Counted from the whole stretch's first letter, positions 10,261 through 22,036 are shown. The stretch is DNA of 63,137 nucleotides, filler included, from Octopus bimaculoides (GCF_001194135.2; 11 parts of 10 records of this genome joined end to end with filler, not necessarily neighbours in it), one strand, 5' to 3'. Made by a program: numbers and translations. The notes: a model not told the origin generated them from the sequence alone.

Positions 10261-10397
10261 AATGTAATTTTCTCCCTTAAAAGAGTTAGAATTCAAGGGA
10301 CGTAACTTTACGAATGTATATGAGAGTGATTTCCCTTGACACAGAAGTTTCCATTTTTCTACATAAAAGCACAATTTATCGTATATTTATTATTCTT

Positions 10398-11068
10398 TAA
10401 TTCTTTTACTTGTTTCAATCATTTGACTGCTGCCATGCTGGAGCACCGCCTTTAGTCGAGCGAACAGACCCCATAATTCATTCTTTGTAAGCCTAGTACT
10501 TATTCTATAAGTCTGTTTTGCCGAACCGCTAAGTTACGGGGACGTAAACACACCAGCATCGGTGGTCATGCGATGTTGGGGGGACAAAGCACACATACGC
10601 AAATACACACACACACACGCGCACGCACCCACACGCATACACACACATACGACAGGCTTCTTTCTGTTTCGTATTTCTTTATTGCCCACATAAACATATC
10701 TAAAGATAGAGGGGACAAATAATGACAGACAAAGGGATTAAATCGATTACATCGACCTCAGCGTGTAACTGGTACTTAATTTATCGACCCCGAAAGGATG
10801 AAAGGCAAAGTCGACCTCGGCAGAATTTGAACTCAGAACGTAACGGCAGACGAAATACCACTAAGCATTTCGCCCGACGTGCTAACGTTTCTGCCAGCTC
10901 ACCACCTTTCAGTTCTCTCAGGCTTCTTTCAGTTTCTGTCTACCAAATCCACTCGCAAGGCTTTGGTCGGCTTGAGGCTATACTAGAAGACATTTGCCCA
11001 AGGTGCCACGCAGTGGGACTGAACCCAGAACCATGTGGTTGGTAAGCAAGCTACTTACCACATAGTCA
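10398..11068 (-). mobile_element. SINE family A with a nested family B copy (10671-10906)
   Basis: A tail 10398-10670, B body, A head 10919-11068. CAGGCTTCTTTC(T/A)GTTTC is duplicated at 10653-10670 and 10919-10936. Confidence 0.85.
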
Positions 11069-11214
11069 CATTATTTAATATTAAAAGAAAAAACTAATTT
11101 GTTTCAGTGACTAGNNNNNNNNNNNNNNNNNNNNNNNNNNNNNNNNNNNNNNNNNNNNTTAATTAATTAANNNNNNNNNNNNNNNNNNNNNNNNNNNNNN
11201 NNNNNNNNNNNNNN

Positions 11215-11645
11215 CTGATGGTGATTGATGGTGAGTGATGGTGATTGATGATGACTGATGGTGAGTGATGGTGAGTGATGGTGATTGATGGTGAATGATG
11301 GTGAATGATGGTGATTGATGGTGAGTGATGGTGAGTGATGGTGAGTGATGGTGATTGATGGTGATTGATGGTGATTGATGGTGATTGATGGTGAGTGATG
11401 GTGAGTGATGGTGATTGATGATGACTGACGGTGATTGATGGTGATTGATGATGGCTGATGGTGAGTGATGATGACTGATGGTGATTGATGTTGATTGATG
11501 ATTGATCATGATTAATGATGATGACTGACAGCGAGATTGACGGTGATTGATGCTGACTGATGATGATAGATGTTGACTGATGATTGATCATGATTAATGA
11601 TGATGACTGACGGCGATTGAGGATGATTGATGATGATTAATGATG
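11215..11645. repeat. 10-bp minisatellite (GATGGTGATT/GATGGTGAGT), decaying into (GAT)-rich repeat
   Basis: Direct inspection. Confidence 0.95.
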
Positions 11646-11659
11646 AAGATTGATGAATT

Positions 11660-12376
11660 GAACTGCCAGTGCAGGACGAGTAGTTTCTTTCTAGGTCGCA
11701 CTGATAGTCCAAATAGGAGGACAACCTCCTCCCCTTCCTCACGAGGAGGGGCCTCACACTACTCCGTCAGTGGCACAATTCCCACCGTCAGCGGCACAGA
11801 AGCATCCGCCAACTTCTCCCTCTTCTTCCTTTTCCTCTTTCTCCTTGAGGATACAGGGAGCAACGTCGGCATACGCGGAGGATCGCTGCCCCCCTCTGCC
11901 TCCTGTACATTCTTTGGAGAGCTACAATGGTTGCTCACCTTTCTCTTTCTTCTTGTGGAGGCGGCTGCCTCCACAACTTTCGCTGTCTCCCCCTCCAATA
12001 GAGGGGCGGCGAGCACGTTTTCTTTATTCTGTTCCAGGACCTTACCACGGCCCTGGGGGCAGTTCTTTCTAATATGGCCAGGCTCCAGGCACTGGAGACG
12101 CTTGGGGGGGGGGCGTCCCTCAAGGATCACCGGGTACCTTTGGCCAGCCATCCTCAGAAAATCTGGGAAAACCAGATCTTTAGCTGATTGGGTCCATATG
12201 GTCAACACAGCTTTCGACCCAACCCAATTAGCTGAAGGCAGAATTTTAACATTAATGAGCCTGCCCTGACGGATAGTGTCTTCTATCCACTCAGGCTCTA
12301 TGCCGGGTGGCAGCCCACAGATCCAAGCTTGTGTCAGTTTCTTCTCACAGTAAGTGGGGAGAAACAATATATCCCG
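11660..12376 (-). mobile_element. Tx1/L1-like LINE ORF1 (gag-like) fragment with degenerate CCHC knuckle
   Basis: ORF 11759-12367 (202 aa) has AWICGLPPGIEPEWI...YPVILEGRPP, then RLQCLEPGHIRKNCP (CX2CX4HX4C with first C to R, CGT for TGT), then a basic tail KRKRKKREK. Confidence 0.8.
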
Positions 12377-13780
12377 NNNNNNNNNNNNNNNNNNNNNNNN
12401 NNNNNNNNNNNNNNNNNNNNTTAATTAATTAANNNNNNNNNNNNNNNNNNNNNNNNNNNNNNNNNNNNNNNNNNNNAAACATATTACATACACACACACA
12501 CATATACATATATATACACATATATATATACACACATACACACACATATATATATATATATGTCCCATGCGTACGTCAAACCGTTTTTCCCCGTCTCAAT
12601 ATTAGACTAGTTTATTAATGCACGATGATCGCTTATAAAATATTATTATTATCATTATTATTATTATTATATATATTACAATATGTATATATGTTTGGTC
12701 CCCTACACCACCGCTTTACAATTGGTATTTTTCAGTTGGTCGTTCGGTAAATGACATCTATACAATAAATAACGAACTTTAAAAGCGAAAGTATCCGGGG
12801 AGGGGGTCTCTAGACGGTGGTGACCCAGTAGGGGCCCGCAGTCCAATGAACGAAACAACTAAAAAAAAAAAAAGGAAACAGATAAAGATGTATTAAACAC
12901 TTGTAAAAAGCTTATCTTTAGCACCAGTCCCTTTCGCGTCCATCAGTTTTTGTCAATATCTCGTGTTCTACTTGCCTCGTTCTATTTTTCACTTCACCGC
13001 CAGGACATATAGTAGCAGTTACCGCAACCTCCACCACGACCACTTCGCAAATACTGCCCCAATCTCACCACGTATGTCATGGGGCGCGCGTGTAGTTTTA
13101 GTACCGGTGGCGGTGGTGTTGGTGATAACAGTTGATAGCAGTAGTAGTAGTAGTAGCAGTAGTACTATTTTGATGGTAATGGTTATAGTAATGGTGATGG
13201 TGGTGGTGGTGGTGTAGCAACAGCAGCAGTTGTAGTAGTTGCAGCAACCACAGTAGTAGTAGTAGTGATGATACTGGTTGCGATAATAATACTAATGGCG
13301 GTGAGGGTTGTCATAGTTATAATAATGGTGGTGTTGGTGGTGGTGGTGGTGGTGGTAGCAACAGCAGCAGCAGTAGTAGTAGTAGTAGTAGCAGCAGTAG
13401 AAGTTCAACGAAGTAGAAGAGAAAGAAAATATGAAACTTTTTTTTTTCCTTTTTTTTAATGATATACCACACACGCCGGGTGCTAGGTGGCGCGGTTGAG
13501 CACACCATTTACTCTGGAGTATGTTGGTGGTGGTGGTGAGGGTAGCATCGCTCTCTCTCTCCCCCCTCCATCTTCCTCTGCCCCTACCACCACCACAACA
13601 ACAACTTCTTTCTTTTCCTTTCTTATCTTCTTTCCTGTATTTTTGCATTCAAACGTTCGCATAAAGTTCATGTTTAAACGATGTGACCGACATCAAGATA
13701 AAACAGCGTCATAACGAAAATAATCAGACGGCGGGGATGAGGAAAAGGAAAAGGGAACAAGGAAATGTCAGAGAATTAAA

Positions 13781-13937
13781 GCAGGCTGTGGGGTAAGAAA
13801 GTTGTTTCCCAACCACATGATTCAGAGTTCAAGTCCACTGCATAGACCCTTGGGCTAGTTTGTTTCTATTATAGCCTCGGGCCAATCAAAACCTTGTGAG
13901 TAGATTTGGCAGACAGTAACTAAAAGCATCTCGTCGT
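13781..13937 (+). mobile_element. SINE family A, 5' half
   Basis: GGCTGTGGGGTAAGAAAG...CCAACCACATG...CCTTGTGAGTAGATTTGG. Confidence 0.7.
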
Positions 13938-14326
13938 ATATATATATATATATATATATATATACTACACTTTATCGTGCAGTTACTGTTAATACTTCAT
14001 TTAGAGAATTAACATTGCTTGTTTTCACCTTTTCAATATCAGTGAAGAATGCCACTGGAAAAGAAGATATAAGATTTGCCAGGCTTTTCTCTCTCACCAA
14101 GGTCATCGGCTGTCGAACGCCGACGNNNNNNNNNNNNNNNNNNNNNNNNNNNNNNNNNNNNNNNNNNNNTTAATTAATTAANNNNNNNNNNNNNNNNNNN
14201 NNNNNNNNNNNNNNNNNNNNNNNNNTAGAGAACCGTTTTTTTTCAGATGAATCATGTCATAACCTTATCCATCTATTGTTTTCATAATCGGTCATAATGT
14301 CTTACGTTTAAGATGATTCCCATGCT

Positions 14327-14410
14327 TTCCCTGATGAGAAGGTTACAATTTTAATATCACAGATCCCTATGAATCACATAGGTTGTAATCCTTTGAAACA
14401 TATGTAGGAA
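14327..14410 (+). ncRNA. Type I hammerhead ribozyme candidate with extended stem II (family 3)
   Basis: TTCC-CTGATGA-GAAGGTTACAA...TTGTAATCCTTT-GAA-ACATATGT-A-GGAA. Stem II is 11 bp with one bulge and an inner hairpin CCTATG/CATAGG. Stem III is an 8-nt palindrome. Confidence 0.7.
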
Positions 14411-14469
14411 TAAAGTATGCAATTATAACATGCGTTTTCTCCATTCCTTAAATTTATATATATATATAT

Positions 14470-15210
14470 ACTAGCAGTATAACCCGACCTTGTCCGGGTG
14501 TGACTTATTATGCCATCTATGATAAGTCTTGCTAGGTGAAAATCAACTAAAAAAGAAAGCCTTACAACGAAAAAACCCTTATGATGTAAATATGTTCATA
14601 ATTTAAAACACAATGAAATTAATAAGGAAAGTCTGAAGGCTGTTTTGTGTAACATTATTAAGCGTACGTAAATTTCATCCGTCTAATTGGCTATACAAAT
14701 GCTTGTGCAAAACAACTTTTTGTGCTACCCTGATTATACATAGCAGGGTAATCCCTTTTCGCAGGAGCTAGGACGGCAATTTCTGATGAAGCAATTGCTG
14801 GCAATCTGTTGCTACACAGTTCTGCCAGAATTCTATCAGATTGGGCAGTATATGTTGATGCACCATATTGCATTATGTTCAAGGTAGCATCTGGAATGTA
14901 GTGAATTGCTGCAGTCTGTTGCTGTCTTTTTAAATCGGTTGCTTTCTTTCCCCAACAAACTCTCTTCTTTGGAGGCATAATTTATGTATATATTAAACAG
15001 AACAACAAAAGTTATAACAGATGGCAGTGTCGGTAGTTTTCACATTTTGGTAATTTTTCAGATTAATACCCGCATGATTACCTAACCCTAAAACTCTAAA
15101 CCTAACCCTAATCCTAACCTTAACCCTAACCCTAAAACCCTAACTCTGAGAGAAAATATATACTAAAAATAAGATAAATATATACTAAAAATAAGATAAA
15201 TATATATATA
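14470..15210. mobile_element. Helentron/HINE-like non-autonomous rolling-circle element with (CCCTAA)n array
   Basis: Starts TACTAGCAGTATAACCCGACCTTGTCCGGG (short inverted repeat). Minus-strand ORF 14691-14978 begins MPPKKR. Degenerate CCCTAA array at 15081-15147. Family call is from general resemblance. Confidence 0.5.
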
Positions 15211-16199
15211 GGGGAAAAAAAAAGCAGAGGTCAGCAATGCCTGTGCTGAGTTTTTGGTCGAATGAGGCTTGCACAACACGTCATAGACCCTCTCCACTTT
15301 ATTGACATTATCCAGAGACAAGCTGAAGCAAGATGTCTGGTGCCAATATGAGTTGCAGGCTCAGGGATGTGGGAGCGCCGTGATCTCTAGCACAAACCAG
15401 AGATCCCCAAAATGTCCAATGCCATTCCCTGAATATTTGGTCTTATATCAGAGTGACCTTCTCCTAGAGACATGCTTCAACAAAAGCTGAGGGGCACCTC
15501 ACTCCCAGTGGTCTTTCAGCACGCCGGACACCATCCCGGAATTTCTGCATACCCGTGCTATTGCTAGATAGCCGTTGAGCCTGCACTAGGTTCATCCGAG
15601 CTATCTATACATATATACACCCATACACACACACACATACACATGCACACAAACACACACATTAGTCATTTGTTTTCTTATCCAAAACTACGACAAAAGT
15701 ACTGAATGGATCTTTATGAAATTTGGAAATTACATTCTATGCATAACAGCCATAACCCCCATGAAAATTCATATATTTTTGATGTTGATGAAATTTTAAC
15801 CATACATATTACACACAAATAAAGTAATATTTCTAAAATTTCTTCTTCTTAGAACNNNNNNNNNNNNNNNNNNNNNNNNNNNNNNNNNNNNNNNNNNNNT
15901 TAATTAATTAANNNNNNNNNNNNNNNNNNNNNNNNNNNNNNNNNNNNNNNNNNNNATATATATATATATATATACTATGTGTGTGTATGCGTGAGTGTGT
16001 ATGTTTATGCATACATGTATGTATATATATATATATATATATATAAATAGTTATCGCAAAGCCAACATGGCAGTCCAAATATATAGATATATGTGTGTGT
16101 ATATATAGGCACATATTATATATCTGTGTGCGTGCGTGCGTGCGCGTGCGCGTGCGCGCGCGCGTGTGTGTGTGTTTGTGTGTGTTATTCTTAAAGAAG

Positions 16200-16480
16200 A
16201 ATGTTGTTGACAGTGACTTCAATGTTTCGACCAGTTAAGCCAGTCGTCAGACTGCGATTCATTGAATATAAATCTTGGCTTAATATAATGGCTGTTAAAT
16301 TAAGATCTTTTCTTTTTGGCTGTGCGGGTATGAGTGGGGCGGTATTAAGTTTCTGGGCTGGATTGTTATGGAGAGGAGTTTTGGAGAAATTTTTATACAT
16401 ATGTTTGTTTGCTTATGTCTGTATTTGTGAAATTGTATATTGCAGGAAAAAGACATTTGGTGTTGTGTGGTGTTAAACAT
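16200..16480 (-). mobile_element. PLE-3'-end-like repeat (family 2) ending in a hammerhead motif at 16211-16254
   Basis: Minus strand CAGT-CTGACGA-CT-GGCTTAACTGGTC-GAA-ACATTGAAGT-C-ACTG. About 200 nt of upstream sequence aligns with 60830-61020. Confidence 0.7.
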
Positions 16481-16526
16481 TTTTTTCTTCGTGTATCTAC
16501 ATGTGTGTATTGTTTTTCTTCTTTTA

Positions 16527-16735
16527 TTCTTTTACTTGTTTCAGTCATTTGCCTGCGCCCATGCTAGACTACCGCCTGTTAGTCGAACAAATCGACCGTA
16601 GGACTTATTCTTTGTAAACGTAGTATTTATTCTCTCGGTCCCTTTTGCCGAACTGCTATATTTTTACGAGGACATAAGTACACCAACATCGGTTACCAAG
16701 CAATAGTGGGGTGTCAAATACAGACACACAAATAC
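16527..16735 (-). mobile_element. SINE family A, 3' half
   Basis: CTTTTACTTGTTTCAGTCATTTG...TTAGTCGAACAAATCGACC. Confidence 0.75.
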
Positions 16736-16747
16736 CTACCTACCTAC

Positions 16748-16780
<33 letters not shown>

Positions 16781-17190
16781 NNNNNNNNNNNNNNNNNNNN
16801 NNNNNNNNNNNNNNNNNNNNNNNNNNNNNNNNNNNNNNNNNNNNNNNNNNNNNNNNNNNNNNNNNNNNNNNNNNNNNNNNNNNNNNNNNNNNNNNNNNNN
16901 NNNNNNNNNNNNNNNNNNNNNNNNNNNNNNNNNNNNNNNNNNNNNNNNNNNNNNNNNNNNNNNNNNNNNNNNNNNNNNNNNNNNNNNNNNNNNNNNNNNN
17001 NNNNNNNNNNNNNNNNNNNNNNNNNNNNNNNNNNNNNNNNNNNNNNNNNNNNNNNNNNNNNNNNNNNNNNNNNNNNNNNNNNNNNNNNNNNNNNNNNNNN
17101 NNNNNNNNNNNNNNNNNNNNNNNNNNNNNNNNNNNNNNNNNNNNNNNNNNNNNNNNNNNNNNNTATATATATATATATGCAGTATATATA

Positions 17191-18051
17191 TAGAGGCTAT
17201 AGTGAATAAACTGTAGTCTAAATTCCGCAAAAATGGGATAAAAAACTGACATCTCATTTTAACAGATATATTTACCAAAATTACATAAAAATATCTTGAA
17301 ATACTAAAGAGTAAATTTATTCAATAAAATCGCCATTCGCTTTAACCACAGCATCCGGACGACTTCGTATTTTCCGGCAACTCTTCTGGATGATTTCCTT
17401 GTTTAAGTTGGTGAATGCTGTCATAATCTGTCTTCAGATCATCTTTGGTCTTACAAGGAGGTTTTTTTGTTTCTCGCTCAACTGCACTCCATACATTATA
17501 ATCAAGGAGGTTGCAGTCTGGAGAATTAGGTGGCCAGATGTTAGGGGTAATGTGGTCGCAGAAATTGTCTGACAGCCATGACTGGGTTCTCCTGCTTGTG
17601 TGACATTGTGCAGAGTCCTGTTGCCAGGCATAGGGTCTTCCAGCAACCACCTTCTTGACCCAGGGCAGCATTACCTCCTCCAGGCATTTGATGTCGCGTG
17701 GGAAGATGAATGGGGAGGGGGCATAACGTCTCCATCACTACAAGTCAATCTAAACACCATGATGTTGACTGAATGTTTGATTATTTTATCACTCTCAGTA
17801 CATGTCCTCAGATTGACACCCAAACGCTCTGAAATGTTCGTATTAGAGCTTCCAGCGAGAATATCAAGCAGTACGGCAGGTCATTTCCAAATTTCTAGCA
17901 GAGTGAATTGCGTCATAGTGCTGTTTTTCTCACAAACGGTGCCCAACTGACGCTACTATACTGTGTAGTCGACAAAATCAAAAATAAGCAATGCATATGC
18001 GCTGCGAAATTAGATATATAAAATGGTGACAATTTATCCATCATACCCTGG
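17191..18051 (-). mobile_element. Tc1/mariner (DD37D/maT-like) transposon, internally deleted
   Basis: CLEEVMLPWVKKVVAGRPYAWQQDSAQCHTSRRTQSWL...WPPNSPDCNLLDYNVWSAVE (2nd and 3rd catalytic D motifs) and an N-terminal HTH remnant. Degenerate TIR ...CATACCCTGG flanked by TA. Confidence 0.8.
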
Positions 18052-18244
18052 ATATATACGTGTGTATGTGTGTGTGTTTGTATATANNNNNNNNNNNNNN
18101 NNNNNNNNNNNNNNNNNNNNNNNNNNNNNNTTAATTAATTAANNNNNNNNNNNNNNNNNNNNNNNNNNNNNNNNNNNNNNNNNNNNTTTTTTTTTTTTTT
18201 TTCTTCTGTGGCAGTTGACAACTTCACGCACAATCTTGTATAGA

Positions 18245-19745
18245 ATTTTAGAAAATAATTGTTAAGTTCGATTCTAAGTTACATTTATTATGAAAGGTCA
18301 ATGATTTTTTTTTAAATCCTGGAGAAGGCCGGCACCGGTAAACCACTTTTAGATTTCTATAGAGCGTTAGCTGAAGGTATGAGAGTCGATGGCCAAGAAT
18401 TGTATCTGGGCATCGACAATAACAGTCTAATCAGGTCCTTCTGGAAAATATACTCGTCAGAGAATATGAGCAACTTCCAAATATCCTTAGCGTAGCAGTA
18501 TTAGATAGCACATTATCTGTTCTGCTGGCATAAAAGTGCCAACAACCGGAACTATACGAGATGCAAGTACAGGGACGAAACCGTTCTACATATCGTTGCT
18601 CCGTATCCGTGCAATATCGACTTGAAGATGGTAGACGAATCCAAGAAATTTTGTGTGGGATTCCTTTCTAGGTTGACTGCTTAGGTATGGGATAATTTCT
18701 TTCTTGTTAATATTTTTTGAATTCTAGTTTTAGATCTTTTGTTATGTTTGTGTTATTGATTTCATTTTGATCGATGTACACCCTCTTCTACATGTCACAT
18801 TTCATACCTCGACAACAACAAGGACGAAAAATTTCAAGATCTTAGCCACAGTGTTAGCAGTGAGATTGACTCTCCACGTCAGTAGTTCGATCGGTGATGT
18901 GAAGACATGCGCCATTTTAAAATAATTATGCACAGCCTCCCCCTTATCTGACACCAAAGAGGGTGGAATGTAAAGAACCTGGTATGGATGAGGTCCTGTT
19001 CAACTTAGATCCATCTAAAGCATTTGACTCCGTCGACCAATTATATTTGGCGCTTGTTCTTACCGCGGCCGGTTTTGGTCTCGTCTTCCGCGATAAGATT
19101 GCAGCAATATACAGCAACATCTGCTCCTAGGTTTGGGTGAATATCCATTAATCAAAACCATTCAGTTTTATGTGCAGGGATGCGACAAGGTTGTCCACCC
19201 GCTGCCTGCTTCTTCTGTATGTGCTTACTTTGAGTCGCTAAAGCGAAACTACACATATTGAAGAGCATAATACGCAAGCTAGGTGGCAGAAAATCTTTGA
19301 CATACGATGTCACCATCAAGCAACAAGCACCTCAAAGTGATCGGTATTAAGCTAAGTACATTTTAAGGGGTACTATGTGGTAACAGAAAAACTCAGTGAG
19401 CTTGTAGGTTAGCACTTGGAATGACGGGTTCGTACTGCCCAACTGCATCGTAGGGCGCTGGACGGACGAATTGGTTAAAGTGCGTGAGGTCTGGCTTGAT
19501 GCAACTTCCAGATGGAGACGTACTACCGACTGACCATCGTGCCTTGTATCAGGTTATGCCTGATGGGAGCGGAGTGTCTGCTCTGTCGCACTTTGAGGAA
19601 GGGACGCGTTCCTCTATTCAAGTAATTCGTTTGCTGTCAACAATCGCTTCAGGAAAGCCTGAGCACATCTTGGATGATGTAGCCCAGGTATGGACTAGGT
19701 ATACATGCAGATATGAATCCCAATCAGAATTACCATCTTTAAGTT
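18245..19745 (+). mobile_element. Tx1/L1-like LINE ORF2 fragments (C-terminal zinc-binding region, then RT domain)
   Basis: About 18560-18630 reads TRCKYRDETVLHIV (zf-RVT-like). About 18995-19100 reads NLDPSKAFDSVDQLYLALVLTAAGFG, then GMRQGCP..LLLYVLTL. Many stops. Confidence 0.8.
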
Positions 19746-19835
19746 TCCAGATCAGCAGAAGTGTGATATTATTATGGTCAAATATACATGGGTTTATTAG
19801 CATTTATTAGCATTTTTAGATTTATAATTTAGAAT

Positions 19836-19896
19836 ATCATGCTGAAGAGTGTAATGGATTTTTATAAAATTCTAAACACGAAACTTCGTACATGAT
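19836..19896 (+). ncRNA. Type I hammerhead ribozyme candidate (family 4)
   Basis: ATCATG-CTGAAGA-GTGT...ACAC-GAA-AC(TTC)GT-A-CATGAT. Stem I is 6 bp, all core nucleotides are canonical, and stem II is extended by the hairpin GGATTTT-TAT-AAAATTC. Confidence 0.72.
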
Positions 19897-20041
19897 TAAC
19901 TAACGGCAGGTTTGTTTTGTTTATTTTTCCTGTTTTATCTATGTGAATCATGAACATCGCTATCTGTTGGAGATTTAATTGTAGTTAGAATTAGTAGTTT
20001 CTAAATTTTCAGTATATTGGTGAAGCAAATTTTGCTGATCC

Positions 20042-20087
<46 letters not shown>

Positions 20088-20088
<1 letters not shown>

Positions 20089-20250
20089 GACTGGTTTCTT
20101 TCAATCCCCGTGTCGCAAATCCACACACAAGGATTTAGTCGGTCCGAGGCTATAATAGAAGTGCTTTGCCAAAGGTACTACGCAGTGGAACTGAACCTGG
20201 AACCACGTGGTTGGGAAGCCATCTTCTTACCACACAGCCACTCCCTGCGC
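20088..20250 (-). mobile_element. SINE family A, 5' half
   Basis: CAAATCCACACACAAGGATTTAGTCGGTCCGAGGCTATA...CTTACCACACAGCCACTCC. Confidence 0.75.
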
Positions 20251-20689
20251 CTATATCACCAGATATACTTTTATATATATATATATATATATATATACTT
20301 TTATATATATATATATATATNNNNNNNNNNNNNNNNNNNNNNNNNNNNNNNNNNNNNNNNNNNNNNNNNNNNNNNNNNNNNNNNNNNNNNNNNNNNNNNN
20401 NNNNNNNNNNNAAATTTATCTACTCAAAAAGTAATTGTCATTAGATGTCATAATCCAAGCAGGACGTGTCACTTCATAGAAAGCTGTTCATATCGTTCTT
20501 AATCAACTTGACATTTCGTTGTCTTATTTTCTATCTCCCCACCTTCTCCATCATCACCTTACCCCCTTTTTGCTGTATTATCGTTAATCTTTCTTTTACC
20601 TTTTTTTCTGCTCCCTTCTTCTTCTTCATCTTCAGCTTCGTCTTCTTTAGTCTTCACCATCATCATCTTCATCGTCTTTGTCACAACCT

Positions 20690-20717
20690 CTGTATTTTCT
20701 TTCTTTCTTTCTTTTTT

Positions 20718-20751
<34 letters not shown>

Positions 20752-20781
20752 CTACTCTCGTATTTCTTTTTCTTTTGCCTA

Positions 20782-20821
<40 letters not shown>

Positions 20822-20948
20822 AACTGCTACCGTTAATGCTACTGCTACTGATGATGACGACGATGATGATGACGATGATGATGATGACGACGACGACGAC
20901 GATGATGAGGACGATGATGATGATGATGATGATGATGGTGATGATGAC

Positions 20949-20980
<32 letters not shown>

Positions 20981-21128
20981 CGACGATGACGACGACGACG
21001 ATGATGAGGACGATGATGATGATAATGGTGATGATGATGATGATGATGATGATGACGATGACGACGACGACGATGATGATGACGATGGTGATGATGATGA
21101 TGATGATGATGATGATGACGACGATGAC

Positions 21129-21162
<34 letters not shown>

Positions 21163-21333
21163 GTGGTGATGATGATGCTGAGGTTGAGGCTTTTGCTGAT
21201 GATGATCATATTCTCATGCACGTCGGCACAAAACGCATATTGGAACAAATGGGGCAGCAGCAGTAGCAGCAGTAGCAGCAGCAGTAGCAACAGTAGTAGT
21301 AGATGGAAATAAATATCTACCAAAAATATGATG

Positions 21334-21372
<39 letters not shown>

Positions 21373-22005
21373 ACTAAGGAAAGAAAGAAGGAAAGAAGAT
21401 TGCTGAGAGAGTCCACAATAAACATTTGCTACGAAACGGAAGTTGTTATCATAGAGTATTTAGAGAACATCCGGTTGTGGAACAGAGAACTGTCTTCCAT
21501 AATATTAGTCTGGGTCTGACAGACGTCTACAATAGCAGCAGCAGCATAATGACGACGACGACGACGATCATGATGATGTTAATGATGACGTTGATGATGA
21601 TGATGAGGAGGAGGAGGAGGAGGAGGAGGAAAATAGTGAAGAGGATAATGGTGATGGTGGTGGGGGTAGTGGCGGTGGTGGTGGTGGTGGTAGTAGTAGT
21701 CGTGGTGGTGGTGATAAAGGATGATGATGATGATGATGATGACGATGACGATGATGATGATGGTGATGGTGGCGATGATGATGGTGATGAAGATGAGGGC
21801 GATGGTGGTGGTAATTGCGATGGTAATGATGATGATGATGATGATGATAGTGGTGGTGGTGGTGATGGTGTTTGGTGGTGGAGGCGATGATACGGATGAT
21901 GTTAATGAGAAGTATAGGAAGATTATCATCATCATCATCATCACCATCATCATCATCACCATCACCATCATCATCATCATCATTATCATCATCACCATCA
22001 TCATC

Positions 22006-22036
<31 letters not shown>

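Noticed and set aside
20466-21266. 266-aa ORF with a very long poly-Asp tract (and poly-M/I/H/S ORFs to 22209)
   Set aside because: Translation of (GAT/GAC)n and neighbouring microsatellites; no non-repeat domain or convincing splice context.
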